A stretch of 62,979 nucleotides of DNA, the filler included, from Bigelowiella natans CCMP2755 (taxonomy: Eukaryota > Protista > Cercozoa): NCBI GenBank assembly GCA_000320545.1. It is 6 parts of 6 records of this genome, joined end to end, with 100 filler letters (N's around TTAATTAATTAA, not from the genome) between each part and the next. Parts side by side here need not be neighbours in the genome. Positions count along the whole stretch, not along the records: positions 36,134 to 47,568 come from ADNK01001971.1; positions 47,669 to 57,875 come from ADNK01003001.1; 4 more parts are not named here. One strand, 5' to 3'. Shown here one piece after another: positions 41,610-55,812 of this stretch. The stretch's first letter is position 1. The number at the start of each line of letters is the position of its first letter. Both the position numbers and the translations under genes were made by a program. The notes under the pieces were generated by a model. The model had not been told where the DNA came from. It ran no database searches and saw nothing but the letters and a program-made list of their open reading frames with translations.

Positions 41610-42429
41610 GAGAGCGTGTGAGGAGGAAGAAGAGAAACAAATACAATTATTACTAAGATGATGGTTGAGGGGGGGGAGCGGGGAAAGAAACGTATTACCT
41701 CGAAGAGCCCAGAATAGTCCCTCCAAGCTCATTTATACCGATGATACTGCTCGGAGTCAACCGCAGCCATGGGATCTCCTTCTTCCAAATGCCTTTGGAG
41801 AGATGGGGGAGGGGGGATGGGGGAGCAGCAACATACACATTAACTCTCCTGAAATCGGCAGAGATGAGAAGCAGCATCTCCTCCTCCTCCCCCTCCTCCC
41901 CCTCGCTGCTGTAATGGGGTACAGTAACAGCAGCAGCATTCAGTCGGTACTACTACTACTACTACTACTACTACTACCTGCGTACCCCATCTTCACCCCC
42001 CAGATGTAGTTGACGCCGTAGTTGAAGTGCAGCGTCTCGACTGGCGAAAATGAACCAGAGGGGGGGAGAGGAAGGAGGAGGGCAGCACAAAGGAAGAGCG
42101 CGACATTCAATCCTGGAGGCGTGAGATTTTTACTACTACTAGGTTCTCACTCGGGAAATTTCGAATCTTCTTCTATAACTGGGTTGCTTCTTGCAAACGG
42201 CTTTCGCTGGTGCACACTGCAGCAGCACACGCACACATCTGTTTTATGTACATCACATGCTTACGCGCACACCGCAGCACCTAGTTGGCAGATTACTACG
42301 TTGAGACCAGGGCAAAGACCGCCGCAAGTCACAATAGCTGCCCTCACCTATTCAGGAAGGCATCGAGTTGAATATATCATTCATCGCAGAAAACACAATA
42401 CAAAAGGAAGAGGATTTAATTTCTCTCCT

Positions 42430-42470
<41 letters not shown>

Positions 42471-42627
42471 CTCACCTCTCCCTTTTTCCAACAATGTGGG
42501 ATCTTGCACCGGCCCGCAACAAGGAGACCCGCAGTTTCCACTGGTGGTGGTAGCACTCATAGTAGTAAGAAATATTCGATATGACGAGCATTTGCACCCC
42601 TCCACGACAACGCGTATCATATCATCA

Positions 42628-42674
<47 letters not shown>

Positions 42675-43048
42675 CTTTCTTTCTTTCTCTCAAATTTATG
42701 CACAGATATGGTATTCCCCGTGTGCACGCATTTATCTTCTTCGTCACATGAAAATTGGGATAAAGGCGGAGGAATGAGTACCACCTGTGATTCGCCTTGC
42801 GAATAATGTCACCAATGATATACTCGTCATTGGAAGTGAACCGATTGTAGCCCCTAATGGAGCCGCCGTGAAAAAGAAGAAGATGATGATAATGAGGACG
42901 CTAATTTTCATTAAAGCTTGAAGCTGTGAGATGCTATTAGAACCGAACAGTGAAAGTTAGTTGTAAAGTAATGCTAGCCGTTGATGTCACAGGACCTTGG
43001 GGTCCCAGTTAGCTTGGATCTTTCACACACGTTCTCCTAAAATTGGAG

Positions 43049-43094
<46 letters not shown>

Positions 43095-43557
43095 TCATTA
43101 GCGCTGTCAATCCCACACTTTGGATTTCTCACCCTCCACTCCAGCTTCGAAACATATTCGGACACGTTGTCAACCTATTATTACATTGCATCCAGGTTAG
43201 CAGTTCGTGTTGATGTGCCAGCGGGGCTGTGGTTACCTTCAACGTTTTGATTTCTTTGATCTGTAATGGCGTCTTCAACTGAAGCTCCTTGAATGCCTCG
43301 TTTTGGAAAAGAAACTGCCGGGAGGTGATCGCATGATGCTTCTTCCTCTCGCACCCATTAACATAGCTCGGCGCTATCTCATTTGAAGGCATCTAGTAAC
43401 ACATAACCGCAAGGTGTAGAAAAGATTCACGAAAGAACTCGAAGAAGTAAAATTGTCAAGATTCTCTGGCGATGCCTACCATGTGCCCGAGGACTCTAGA
43501 AAGGCGCTGGCGAGCGGTGGCCTCCCCGTTTTTAGTTTCCTTGTTGGTCTTGGACAT
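38009..43557 (-). CDS. PFK: ATP-dependent 6-phosphofructokinase, group X (plant/kinetoplastid type); further in-frame ATG at 43770
   Basis: LLRAGARSHI, VRAAIVTCGGLCPGLN, GGTILGSSRGG, IIGGDGSHRGA, VAGIPKTIDND, KYHDPSYMIRSV; C-terminus WERICNETQQPHLAGSEYH*. Confidence 0.93.
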
Positions 43558-44177
43558 CTGAGTTGTAACTTGTAACTTTCGCTCCACGCGTCGTATCTTT
43601 TTCACGTGTGGGCTGTAGCTAGCTGGAGGGCGGTGCTCGTTTGTACTCAGGCGATTCCCGCTGCCTGATTGCTCCGAAAGTAATGTCGCATGTGTAAAAC
43701 TAGTGCGATTTTCACTGGAATAAGAAGGACAGGAGCACACTGCTGCTGCTCTCTGCTGCTGCTGCTCCATTTCTGAAAGAAGTCGGGATTTCCGGATTTC
43801 TCACATTCCGCGAGTTCGCTCCCGAAAATATCTGTTGGATATCTCATGGTCGGGATAAACGCAAGCTATTCATGGGGATAAGAACACTGCGACATCTCAA
43901 GATCGAGGAATTTCCCCCTTTTTGTCCCCATGCCCAGAAGTATCTCGCTGTTTTATCAATTTTGACGAGTGCCATGTAGATGATCCCCAAACGGAAGAGA
44001 CGTTTAGATAAACTGCAGGGCATATTTCATCTCCGTTAACCTTATTTCTAAGTCGTCCAAAAAAACCAAGCTTGTATCGCAACGGCTCGCTGCGCTCAAA
44101 AAGCATCGATCCCTCTTAAGGAAGGGGGAACACACACGAAGAGGCCCTTCGAGCGAACATAAGAACGAAGCAAAACC

Positions 44178-47100
44178 ATGAAGTCAATCCGAAGGTACTG
44201 GCCTACAAATCGATGTTCTAATGATTCATAGGGTGAGCTGAAAGTGAAGGGTAGAAATGAATGTGTGTGGCTCTTTGCATGGTGTTTACAGAGAACGCCG
44301 AAAATCTGTCGGCAACGCAGAGGTCAAAAGACAGGACTATGATGCGTCGCAGATGAAGACGTTCACCAAGTGGGTGAACACACAGCTCAAAAGGAAGGTC
44401 GTTGGCATCATTACGAAGAACGCATAAAACCATATTTTACTTCCAACTACTAAACCGGGTCTTGCTGCAGAAATACGAGCCAATCGGAGACATCCTGGCT
44501 GATTGGAAGTGAGTGTCCCCACCATGTCAAAATCATTTAATTTATGCCTGAATGGGATTTTACCTCATTTAGGGACGGTATAAAGCTTGCACAACTGGTA
44601 AACGTTCAAAAAAGTTATCAATGATTAGGATGATGATAACGATGATGATGATGCTGCTGATGTTACCGTCAAAAACAAGCAGATAAGTAAGCAAGGTATA
44701 ATATACCAATTTGCCACTTTCGCAGTCTGTTGCCCTATATGGTGTCAAAATGAGAAAACTCAAGAAGAAGGCGAAGCTTAAGCTGAAGCCACAGGTACAT
44801 CTTTCATACAGAGGAGAGTTACAGTCTGCCAGCGGCGGTGACATTCGAATGACACTTACTCTTTCCTCTCTTTCTAATCAGTATATGGATAACATTTCTG
44901 TCGCGATGACCATGTTGGAGAAAGATGCAAAGGTAAGTTCCCTCGGGCATGCTTTTGGTGGCTTTATCATGCAAGCTAACTCAATTCGCCACAGGTGAAG
45001 ACCAACTTTCTCAAAGGAGAGCACCTTTACGACGGCGACAAAAAGATGATCCTAGGTCCCTTCCACACTCTTTATAGCTCTGTTCTATTTACCGCTCGAT
45101 CACCATGTCTCCACAGCCACGTCGACATAATCATGATACGACACTCTTTTACCGTTTCCCTCTCCTCGTGCTCTGCTCGGTGGTTGTACCATCAAATAAG
45201 GTATGGTTTGGGCTATTATCCTCGACCACGCCATCAAGGGAATTAGCGTCGAGGACGATGCCGGCACAGCAACAGGTGAGTAGATGGGTGAATGGGTGGC
45301 CGATGGTTATCGATCACGAGCTTTTGCTCCCGACAAAGGCGATGATGGGTGTCTCTTTTTTTTAAATCTCGATAATTCTCGTGGTGATTACTACTACTAC
45401 TACTACCACTACCACTACCACTACTATTACTACCCCATATAGCGAAAGAGGGCCTTCTTCTTTGGGTGCAAAAGCAAACCAAGGGCTATCGTGATGTCGA
45501 CCCGCCAGGGGTGAGAAACTTCCACACCAACTGGAAGGTACTGAGCAAGAATATAGCGCACACCGCAAAGCAACAAAATTACATTTATATTATATATATA
45601 TATATATATATAATTAATATGTATCTGATGGTTAGGATGGTATGGCACTCTCTGCTCTCATTCATAAGTTCGATCCCTCGCTTATCGATTACGACAGTCT
45701 GGACAAGGCAAATGCGAAGGAGAATACCGCAAACGTACCAGACTCACCCCCCGCCCCCCGCCCCCCGCCCCCCTCGTCTTGCATGCTCCTCCCCCATCCA
45801 TCTTCTTCCTCCGCGCCAACACGTAAAAACACGATGATCAGGCAATCAAAATCGCGGAAGAGAAGCTCGGCATCCCTGCCTACCTCGATGTAGAGGACCT
45901 CGTCGACGTGCCCAGGTAGTACTACGTGAAAATCGGGAAAACCTCTGTTTTCAAAGTAGCCAAAACTAGCGACGATAAACGAATACGAAAGAAGTACAAT
46001 CGCCCACGAGAAACAGCACCAAACTGCAACGCCTCCGCTCACTCCCCTCTCTCTTGAAACCTCCATCATCTTTCTGTCTCCCCCCCCTCCTCCTCCTCCT
46101 CCTCCTCTCGTTTGCTACTAGGCCTGACGAGAAGATTGTGATGACCTATATCGCCGAGTTCTTCCACAAGTTCGGTAGCCTCGGAGAGAAGCAGGCTGCC
46201 GTTCGACGCGTCAAGCAATTCATCGCCTTCCAGCGCCAAATATGGGAGCAGCAAAAGTCAGTCAGTAGTAGCACCCACGACTTTTTGGCGTCCTTCTCCT
46301 GCTGCCCACCATGCGCTCTCTCATCGACCGATCTCGTTAGCAATGGAATCCTTATTTGCAGTTAGATGTCTTCGTCATCGCATTTTTCTGTGAGTGAGGA
46401 CTCGGTCACTGATTGATGATGCCGCCATATTCAGCGACTACAAGGCCAGAGCGGAGACGCTGATGAAATGGGCTGATGGCAAGATCAGGTAGTAGTTCCT
46501 CTCTTCTTCTTCCCCTCTCCTTTCTCCCTCCCCCTCTTTGATCCGAGCAGGAATTTACCTGACCCTTGCGATGACATATTAGTACTTATTACATCATTGG
46601 TTTCTTAGACAACAACACGGACACTGCACAGTGTAACAACACGCCGTGCACAAACAAACACGCGCAACTCGAAAACGCAACAACCCTTCCGGGTTGAAGC
46701 ATCATCATCCATGCCAATCTGCCCCCTCATATTTCACTCTCGTCGCCGTTTTGTGTGTGTGTGTGTGTGTGCGTGTGCGTGCGTGTGTGTTTCTCTCTTC
46801 ACTTGACAAGCGAATACACAAAATGTGATCTGGGGGACACGAAGGAGGAAGTGGAGACTGGACGCTCTAAACTCAAGGTGGGCAGATAGGGAAGACGGGG
46901 GGGAGGGGTGGGGGGGGGGGGGCTGTTGCGGTAGTAGCAGTAGTAGGTAGTAGCAGTAGTAATGATGGTGGTATTAGTAATTAAAATAATGTCCTTCAAT
47001 CTAAGTTCATCACCATGAGATTTATCAGCAGCACTAACGTCAGTCCCCCACCCCCCTCACCCCCCTCTCTCTCTCATTCCCCTTCTCTGTGCAGGAGTAC

Positions 47101-47194
47101 CTGAAGAGCGTGAAGCCGGGAAAGGCCGTGGAGAAGATGGATATCGAGAGCCTGTTAGTATTTAAAATAATATTAAGAAATCTTCGTGTAGCAC

Positions 47195-47243
<49 letters not shown>

Positions 47244-47430
47244 TCCCTCTTTCTCTTTCTCTCTCGTGGTCATCACCATCCATCAGTCGTTGATTGCTTA
47301 CTCTACTTCTTTAGATATGGCGAGATACAAGCCAATCTACGCATCAACAACCGCTCTCCATACTGCCCGCCTGGGAGCTGTGCCCCGAACAGCCTCGACT
47401 CCAAGTGGCATGAACTGCAGCAGGCAGAGG
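44178..47430 (+). CDS. ACTN: Alpha-actinin-like protein (tandem CH domains plus spectrin repeat), truncated at gap
   Basis: SQMKTFTKWVNTQL, GMVWAIILD, LLLWVQKQTKGY, DGMALSALIH, PDEKIVMTYIAEFFHKF, followed by rod-domain exons. Confidence 0.88.
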
Positions 47431-47568
47431 CTAAGTAAGACGGGTGGGAGAGGGGAGGGGGGGGAGCGGAGAAGAAGGATGAGGGGAATGGGGAAGAAGA
47501 GAAAGAAGGAAAAAATAGCTGCAAAAAAGGGGAAATGAGGGGAGAGACGGGGGGGGGGGGGGGGGGCG

Positions 47569-47668
47569 NNNNNNNNNNNNNNNNNNNNNNNNNNNNNNNN
47601 NNNNNNNNNNNNTTAATTAATTAANNNNNNNNNNNNNNNNNNNNNNNNNNNNNNNNNNNNNNNNNNNN
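47569..47668. other. Artificial contig linker
   Basis: N44-TTAATTAATTAA-N44. Confidence 0.97.
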
Positions 47669-49881
47669 CATATGGTCACGATGCAAGATCGGAAAAAAGC
47701 AAGAGGATAGTCCGATATTCATCATAGAAAATGAAGAAGAAGAAGAATCCTCCTCCTCCTCCCACGCAGTATGACAAAACGCAAGAAGGCGCCCCCCCTC
47801 TCTCCAAGCAGCGATACTACCAGATCAGCCCCATAATACTGGGCGGCCTTGTCCAGAGAATGGTGGGAGCCGGGGTTCCAAAGATGTTCCCACAGAAACG
47901 AGTTTCGGAACGATGTCGCATGGAGGGGGATGCAGGCCAAAATCCCATGGTACCGGCTGGAGATTGGAACAGAAATGGGGAGGGAGGGAGGGAGGGAGGG
48001 AGGTGGCGGGGGAAGGATGGTTTTTAGCGATCATATATGCACGTTCGTGCGTATGCGGAAAGAGACAGAGCGGAGGAGAGAGGAAAAGAGAGAGAGAGAA
48101 AGAGAGAGAGAGGGGGGGGGGGGGGGGGGGGGAGATCAATCTATGGTCTGTTGTACTCCTTTTTTTCCCCCCCGCACCTCACAACGGTAACAGCTCTAGT
48201 TTAGCGGTTTCTACACACAGTTATTGCGGGCCCCCCCCCCCCCTCTCCCCCCCCTTTTTCCGCAAGGGGGGACATTTTTACAGTTGGGGCAAAATAGTTT
48301 TAAGATTGTGCTTTCCCCTTCGAATTAAGCCCCAAATCACCTTCCCCAGGGGAATGGAAAAAAACCAAAGGGGGGGGGGGGGGGGGCACGAGGAGGAAAC
48401 AGAACATCAACAAGCACCAACAACGATCCAGCTCCAATTTTAGCACCGTTGTCTCTCCGCGCTGGTGAAGAAGAATCGAGTTCCGAAGGCAGGGCATTGG
48501 CAGAAGATCCTGTAAAAACCAACCATGCGTATCACGTCACCTCAGCGCCATGCGTTGAGGCAGGAAGGAAACGACGGATTCCCATAATTAATGAGGCTTT
48601 TCAGCGATGATGATGATGACTATGATGATGATGATGACTATGATGATGATGATGATGATGATGACGATGATAATGAGGGAAAAGAACAACGGCAGTCTTC
48701 CCCCTGAAGAAATCGTATCATCGAAGTGATAGCGTCGATAAACGATGGACTTGAAGATCGTAGTCTTTTAGTTGCTCTGCAGCTATGGATGGGGGGGTTT
48801 ATGCGTTGTGCTGTTTTGTTTATGTGAGAACCCACTACCTGTGTGTCTTGGCGGAGATGACATAGAAGCCTTTCCTCCCATGCTGCCCCATGCATGCTTT
48901 ATTCTGTTGGTGCAAGGAGCAGGAGGGGGAGGAGACGATGACGATGATGACGATGATGACGACGACGATGATAATAATGATGATATGGTGATGAGGAGGC
49001 GGAGGAGGAGGAGGAGGAGGAGGAGGAGGAGGAGGAGGAGGAGGAGGGAAAAGATTGCGTGATACGAGTTGAAAATTCAGACTTGGTTTCGTAAAATTTA
49101 AGCAGACACTAAATTGGTCATCCGGTATGCCTAGACTCGCAATAAAGAAGACAAATTTCGGTTGCATATTATATTTCCTTTCTTCTCTTCTCTCCCTCTC
49201 TCTCTCTCCCCCCTCTCTCTGTCTTAATCTGTACGTTCACCAGCTCAATTGCCTCAGCAGTCCGATATAGCACTTCGAATGGAGCAGAGAGCAGCCAAAT
49301 AGCATCCACACTCTCCATAGCGCTCTCGTCAGAGACATCAAACACATCGATCCCGACACTAATGAAAGGTGACGGACAAACCTCAACGACAGTGCGGAAA
49401 CACAGCGATGACAGCAGGGATTTCGACAATGATGCGCATTGTTCTTTTATGGGTAGCGGGGGGGGTGTACACATGCCTTTTGAGTTTATTTCTGAGGTAG
49501 AACCGCACGGGCGTCATTGTCGCTGGATTGCCGCTTGCTGGTGCCCCTTTAGAGGAGATTCCAACAATATCTCTCGCGTGCGTGATTTTCCTGCTGCGAA
49601 GGCCCTTCTCCCATATCACGATGAAATCGGTGTTTGAGTCGCTGCGCTGAGAGACTGAGCATGTTTTCCAAAGTGAGGGTGGTCAATTGAGTGTGCGCGC
49701 ATGCGTGTGTGCGTATGTGTGTCACGGCATGCACAAGAGCCACGCGGCATGGAGGATGGCAAAACCAAAAAAATGGGAAGGGTGATGCTTGCTTCCTCTC
49801 TCCGTTGATGGTTTCTCCGCTCGCTCTATGTTGTTTCCTCTAACATATGCTCAGTCTTTAAACAGGAGTGCTGTTCCCCAT
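47669..49881 (-). CDS. Anoctamin/TMEM16 family protein, N-terminal part (truncated at gap)
   Basis: TDFIVIW, WLLSAPFEVLYRTAEAIEL, FFFTSAERQR and IPLH...LW...SLDKAAQYYG, in the order typical of the anoctamin cytosolic domain. The start (MGNSTP) is inferred. Confidence 0.75.
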
Positions 49882-50554
49882 ACCGAGCTTCTGCTTCGAG
49901 AACTGACTTAAATCGGAGACGATTTGTCTTCGGAGAGCCGAGACGCCATCGTAAATCTCGCGGAGATACGATCTTTTCATCGTCCGTCCCCCCTCCTCTT
50001 TTCTTCGCCTAGTGTTCGTCCTCCAGACTCAATTTTTCCTCCCATTCACCAGAAGGGTGGGCGGGATTTTTTTTTTTATTGGAGCACTCGTCTCCCGGCG
50101 AATCCCCGGTATTACCCAAAAACGTGCAAATCTGTAAAGATGAGTGAAAATTCGTGGGATTTATCGTGTGCGTCATCGAAAACACGAAGGTGCAAAGTGC
50201 AATATCCGTGCCTCGAAAAGAGCTACGACTTATGTCGCAGGGAGAAATAGAAGGCCGTTTAATTCGAAGCAACGAAGGTATTTCACGTGGAACGAGGGTA
50301 CGTGGTGGGAGATGGAGCGGCCATGGGGGGGGGAAAGAGGACTCCGCGCCCGAAATTCAGTTTAGGGAGAGAAGTTCTGGTGGTTTGAAAGCTAAGGCGA
50401 GGGAAGAGAGGGCTGGTGCGTTTGTATACCTAGGATCGCGTACCCTCCATCAACGGATTCATTGCCTCCTCTTCACTCTCATCCTTTCTTTCTGCGGTTG
50501 ATGACCTGTGTCGCTCACTGGCTTTCAAATCGTATTGCACAGTCTTCTTCTCCA

Positions 50555-51550
50555 ATGATATCGTCTGCAACCCGCAAGTTAGCTTGCAGTCTCCGAGCTG
50601 CTAGACCTGGTTGCGTTTTCCTCACATCCACGCTTCTTTGCTTCGCTACTTACACTGGATAACAATGCTGCATAGGCCTTGGGTTTCGAGCTGGAAACAA
50701 GTTCTCAACGTTCACTGCAAGTAGGAGAGGTACTATTTCGTCTTGCACTCCGACATTCGTCTCAGCGCCTATGTGGAGCTGCCAATCATCATACTGTGTG
50801 CGTGATAAAAGTGAAATCCCTTTCATCAAGTGTTTGCTTCTGAAGGAACTGGCGTTTCAAAGCTTGTGATCAGTGCTACAGCTGCTGCTGGAGTGGTGAT
50901 GACTTGACACCTGATGGTGATTAGTGTATTCCATTCTCACTTATTTCATTGTGACCAACCCTCTTAGATTCTCGGATTTGGATCTTATATGGGAGACTCG
51001 AGTCAGAATATATCTTAATTTTACCGCTGCCATAGATTATGTACACTTTTTTATAACGCGCGTGCATATTGCTGACGTAATCAAACGATGACGCACCCTT
51101 CCACTTCTCCCGCTGATAGTCTCCTCGCCGATGCTAATGGCGGAAGCAAAGGGGATCGAGAAAAAGGAAGGACCTGCGGAGAAAGAGAAGATGCAGGTGT
51201 TCAAAGGGCACATCCGGAGCATTTCGTCTTGTATAAATTATTTCCTTGAATTACACTGAGAAAACTTATGATAAGCATCCGAACGGAGTGAGAGAGCCTT
51301 ACAAACATGGCCTATTTCGCTGTCGTTTGACAAAATAGCGCACGTTTGACTTAATATATATAAAAGCCGAAGGGATTCATGCATGCCCGGTGACGACCGC
51401 ATGTAGCCGGTTGATTCATTCGTCTTGTTAGGAGGAAGGAGCAGCACCCGCTAGTAGCACCGACAATGTGGCGGCGAAGAAGAAGAAAAATAACACCAAT
51501 GCAAGGTGCAGATCATCGCTTTTTATTATGATAATGATGATTATGGCAAA

Positions 51551-51583
<33 letters not shown>

Positions 51584-51886
51584 GGTGGTGAAGACGATAC
51601 GCCACGAAGATGATTCAATAATAGAAGTATGTGAGAATGATGACATCGTGATTCCATCGCCTTACCCCCCCCCCCCCCCCTACCCCGCTGCTATTCTCAA
51701 AGATCCGCGTACTCCGTTAAAATCGGCAAGAAGATGCCTGAAGAAGTTGCCTGTTTCGTAGAGGTCATTTTCATCGTCATCATCATCATAATCATCATCA
51801 TCATTATCATTATCATCATTTCATATTTTCAGCATTTCTACTCTCATTCACGCAATCTCATGTCTCCGTAGACAGATACCTGATAA

Positions 51887-51917
<31 letters not shown>

Positions 51918-52034
51918 GCTATGCTGTTTGTTGTCAGGTTGCGAAAGGGTCCAGGAATAAGTACGAGTGGGACGAGGAGCTTGGCCATATCACTCTTGGT
52001 AGTACGCATATGCTCGATGATGAGCGGTCATGAG

Positions 52035-52073
<39 letters not shown>

Positions 52074-52144
52074 ATGTTATGTATTGCAGGAGAGAGAGAT
52101 GGCTACTTAGAATGATAGTTCGTCGTTGGTGTTGGTGCTGCTAT

Positions 52145-52182
<38 letters not shown>

Positions 52183-52331
52183 TCGTGATCATCGTGGTTG
52201 TGGTATTCAGATCGTGTTCTCCATTCCGCCGTTTTCTATCCGCACAACTACGGCTTCGTGCCTCAGGTTCTGTGCCCCAAACCATTACACTATTTTTCCA
52301 ACAGTCAAGTCTCGAGTATCTTCATTTATAT

Positions 52332-52372
<41 letters not shown>

Positions 52373-52574
52373 TTGACGGTCCTTAAGATTGCAACCGTGC
52401 GAATTCATCGTCATCCCTGCAGATTTCTTGCATTGCCTTTGTTCTTTTGCTTTGGCGCTTATCTTTCTCTCGTTTCGAAACCTCATCACTCGTAGACCCT
52501 ATGTGGTGATGGCGACCCCCTCGACGTGCTTATTATGGGCGATGATCCGCTGCAGGTGCGGATGATTTATAAAT

Positions 52575-52611
<37 letters not shown>

Positions 52612-52666
52612 TCCGCGCGAGCGCAATTTCGCGGGCAAACGTAAAATTTGTATTGTAATACGCAAC

Positions 52667-52700
<34 letters not shown>

Positions 52701-53886
52701 CATGCATAATAGTGTGTCTCACAGCATTACCATCATCACCATCTATGGCTGCTGCTAGCTCTCTCTCTCCTTGTTATATTTGCCTCTCACCCCCCCCCCC
52801 CCCCCTCCCCATCACCTGCATACTACACTGCTTCCCTTTCTCGGTCGGTGATGAATGAGATCCTACGAGAGTAAAATTGGCTTTTCATGAGCGCGCCTTT
52901 TGCTGTGTTTTGCGTTGGGTGCATCGATAGCCGGGTTGTTTCGTGGACGTTAGACCTATAGGATATCTTGTGATGAAGGACGAGAAGGTTTCGATAACAC
53001 CACGCATACCATATGCATAACCCGCGCGCGCATACGTGCGTGTCCTTTTCCCTGCCGGGATAAAGTAGATGCATCGACGACGATGACACGGACCTTCTTC
53101 TTTCTGTGTTGCTTCGCTACTACTTCGCACAGGGGGGGAGATATAGACTTCTATCGCTACCCCCCCCCCCCCGTTTCCCATATCACGCTCCATGAATCAT
53201 TATTCCCCACGATTCCTTCCCACGCCGTCCTTCTCACGCCGTCATGTCTCATCACAACTGATCTCAGGGGACGGATGAGAAGCTCCTGGCGGTCGCAGCG
53301 AAGGACCCGAGGTAGTAGCAATAATGGCAAACCATAGCACCGCTGGAGAGCGGTCCTGAGTGATGCAGAGAAAAGCATACCATCAGCCATGCTTACTGCC
53401 TCCTCCTCCTCTAGCTCCCCCTAGGATACGATAATGATGACGACGATGATGATGACGATGATGATGATGATGATGATGATGATGCTAGAGTGACGAGAAC
53501 ATCTCATCTTCAATCGTTCGACTGCTTGCTTGCTTGCTGCTGCTGCTGCTGCTGCTACTTCCACCGCATAGGCTCTACGAAGTGAGGACTATTCGGAATG
53601 TCCCCATCCATGTCCTCGATGAGATCACGCAGTTCTTTGAAACCTATAAAACCCTGGTAGTAGCAGCAGCAGCAGCAGCAGAGGCAGGAGCAGTAGTAGT
53701 AGTAGTAGTAGTAGTTGTTGTTGTTGTAGCAGTAGTAGTAGTAGCAATGGCTGTGGACGATACGCAGTACGGCTTGCTTATTGTATATTTGAGCAATACA
53801 CTAGCATCCCTTGAGCAAAAAGAGATTTTTGTACTGATGATGCAATATGTGGTATTACACTGGCAAATGAGTAACCCAATTTTACC

Positions 53887-53929
<43 letters not shown>

Positions 53930-54163
53930 CCTCCCTCTCTCCTTTCTCTCTGTGTGCGTGCGTGTCTATTGCAACTGACCTACCTTGTTTCTTCGATGAT
54001 TCTGCTGCCTCCTCTCAGGAGAAGAACAAGTGGGTAAAGGTTGGCGCATGGAAGGGCACAACGGAGGCAAAGCAGCTCATCGAGGTACTATTATTAAGGA
54101 TGATGGAGAACGTCAGTGATGGGGAGGCGGGAGAGGCAGACACACAGACACACACACACGCAC

Positions 54164-54200
<37 letters not shown>

Positions 54201-54365
54201 AGATGTTACGTCACGTTGCTTTTCCTCCTTAGCTCCTCCGTGCGAGGTGATTCGTTCATTTGAACGAAATGTGAAGGGAATGTCTCCTCCCTCCTCCCCA
54301 CTTCTATATATGCATTTAATAAGACACAGTCAAAATTCACCTTGGTGGATGATATGTTTGTAAAA

Positions 54366-54403
<38 letters not shown>

Positions 54404-54415
54404 TTTTTAGTAAGC

Positions 54416-54454
<39 letters not shown>

Positions 54455-54527
54455 TACATGTACATATTGACAGTTTTATATATTCCATCTTCGTCCGATG
54501 AACATATACAAAGGAGAAGAATATATC

Positions 54528-54563
<36 letters not shown>

Positions 54564-54922
54564 CGTTTTGCTGAGGTTAGGCACGCGCCATTTATGTGTA
54601 CCTTAGGAGACGCACAGATGCTACTTGGAGGAGAAGGACAAGGGTAAAAACAGGACCAAAATGATACCATTTTTTATCTCTCTCTTCTTACGACGATGAT
54701 GGGCGAGTCAAGAGTCGTGGCAATCATAGAGAATGCTCGATCTCTGAATACGACGACCATGACGACGAATCCCTGCATGCACAGTAGTATTAAGCGGGCC
54801 TTGACATCCCGCTCTCTTTCTGCTGCACCGTCATGATCGGTTTTGCAATATTTGCTGCTTAGCTAATTGCCTCATGTGTGCGTACGAGCAAGCGCGTAAT
54901 TGGTCGATGAAGTAATAATTGC

Positions 54923-54954
<32 letters not shown>

Positions 54955-54987
54955 GGGGCTGGATCGGTATTTGAGTTCCAAAGCTAG
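50555..54987 (+). CDS. ppa: Soluble inorganic pyrophosphatase (family I, prokaryote/plant type) with mitochondrial-type presequence
   Basis: [69 protein letters not shown]. The terminal exon is less certain. Confidence 0.92.
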
Positions 54988-55598
54988 GTGGGAGTTAACA
55001 ATCATGCCCCCTCTCTCTCTGGCTTGAAGGAGGGAAGAAAGACCTCACAAGATGAAGCCTTTTGCGGCAATGAATGGCGACGGGGAACCCTAGCACGTTG
55101 GTGCAAATCTAGAAGAGAGAGTTGGCGAGTAGCAAGTTAATTTCTTAGAAGCTATCAGCAAAAATATTACCTCGGCCTCCATCCGCCAGGCTTGTTGTCG
55201 ACATCATCATTACACGTGGCTGATATCTCCTATCCAATCTGCTTTGGGTTCGGGTGAATGTGTGTCCCCACGGCACGAGATATTGATATTCCGTGTGAGT
55301 GCAGAGCATATATGGTGTATTTCGGTCTTCTGGAGATAGAGGGGCCGGGAGGATTGTACATTCGTTACTACGTTAAGATGCTATAAATAACTGTATGCAT
55401 ACACATGCCATATTGTGTGAATGTGTGCGTTGAACCATAACAAACGTGTCCATGTGTACGCAATGTGCATCACACAACACAGCACGTTTGAAATGCCGCA
55501 ACATTGTTGCACACAGAAAACTAACTAGAGACAATGCATGATACTAGCAGGTGCACACGCACATGCATCAGTTCTATGGGCTAGCTAGCATGTTATTA

Positions 55599-55643
<45 letters not shown>

Positions 55644-55812
55644 TTTGATCGATCCAGCATGCATGTGCAAACTAGCAAACATGGGGGCTAAGGCACACTG
55701 TGCGCTGATCAAGCTGTACGTGTACAACATACACAACTAGTCACACAGCATGGTTGTACGCGCGGCGGGCGTGCTGTACGTTGCTCACAATAATGCGCAG
55801 CTAGCTAATAGA

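Noticed and set aside
33898-49965. TCTCGCG as a shared promoter motif
   Set aside because: It also occurs in introns (11490, 11518, 31019); too few instances to show enrichment.
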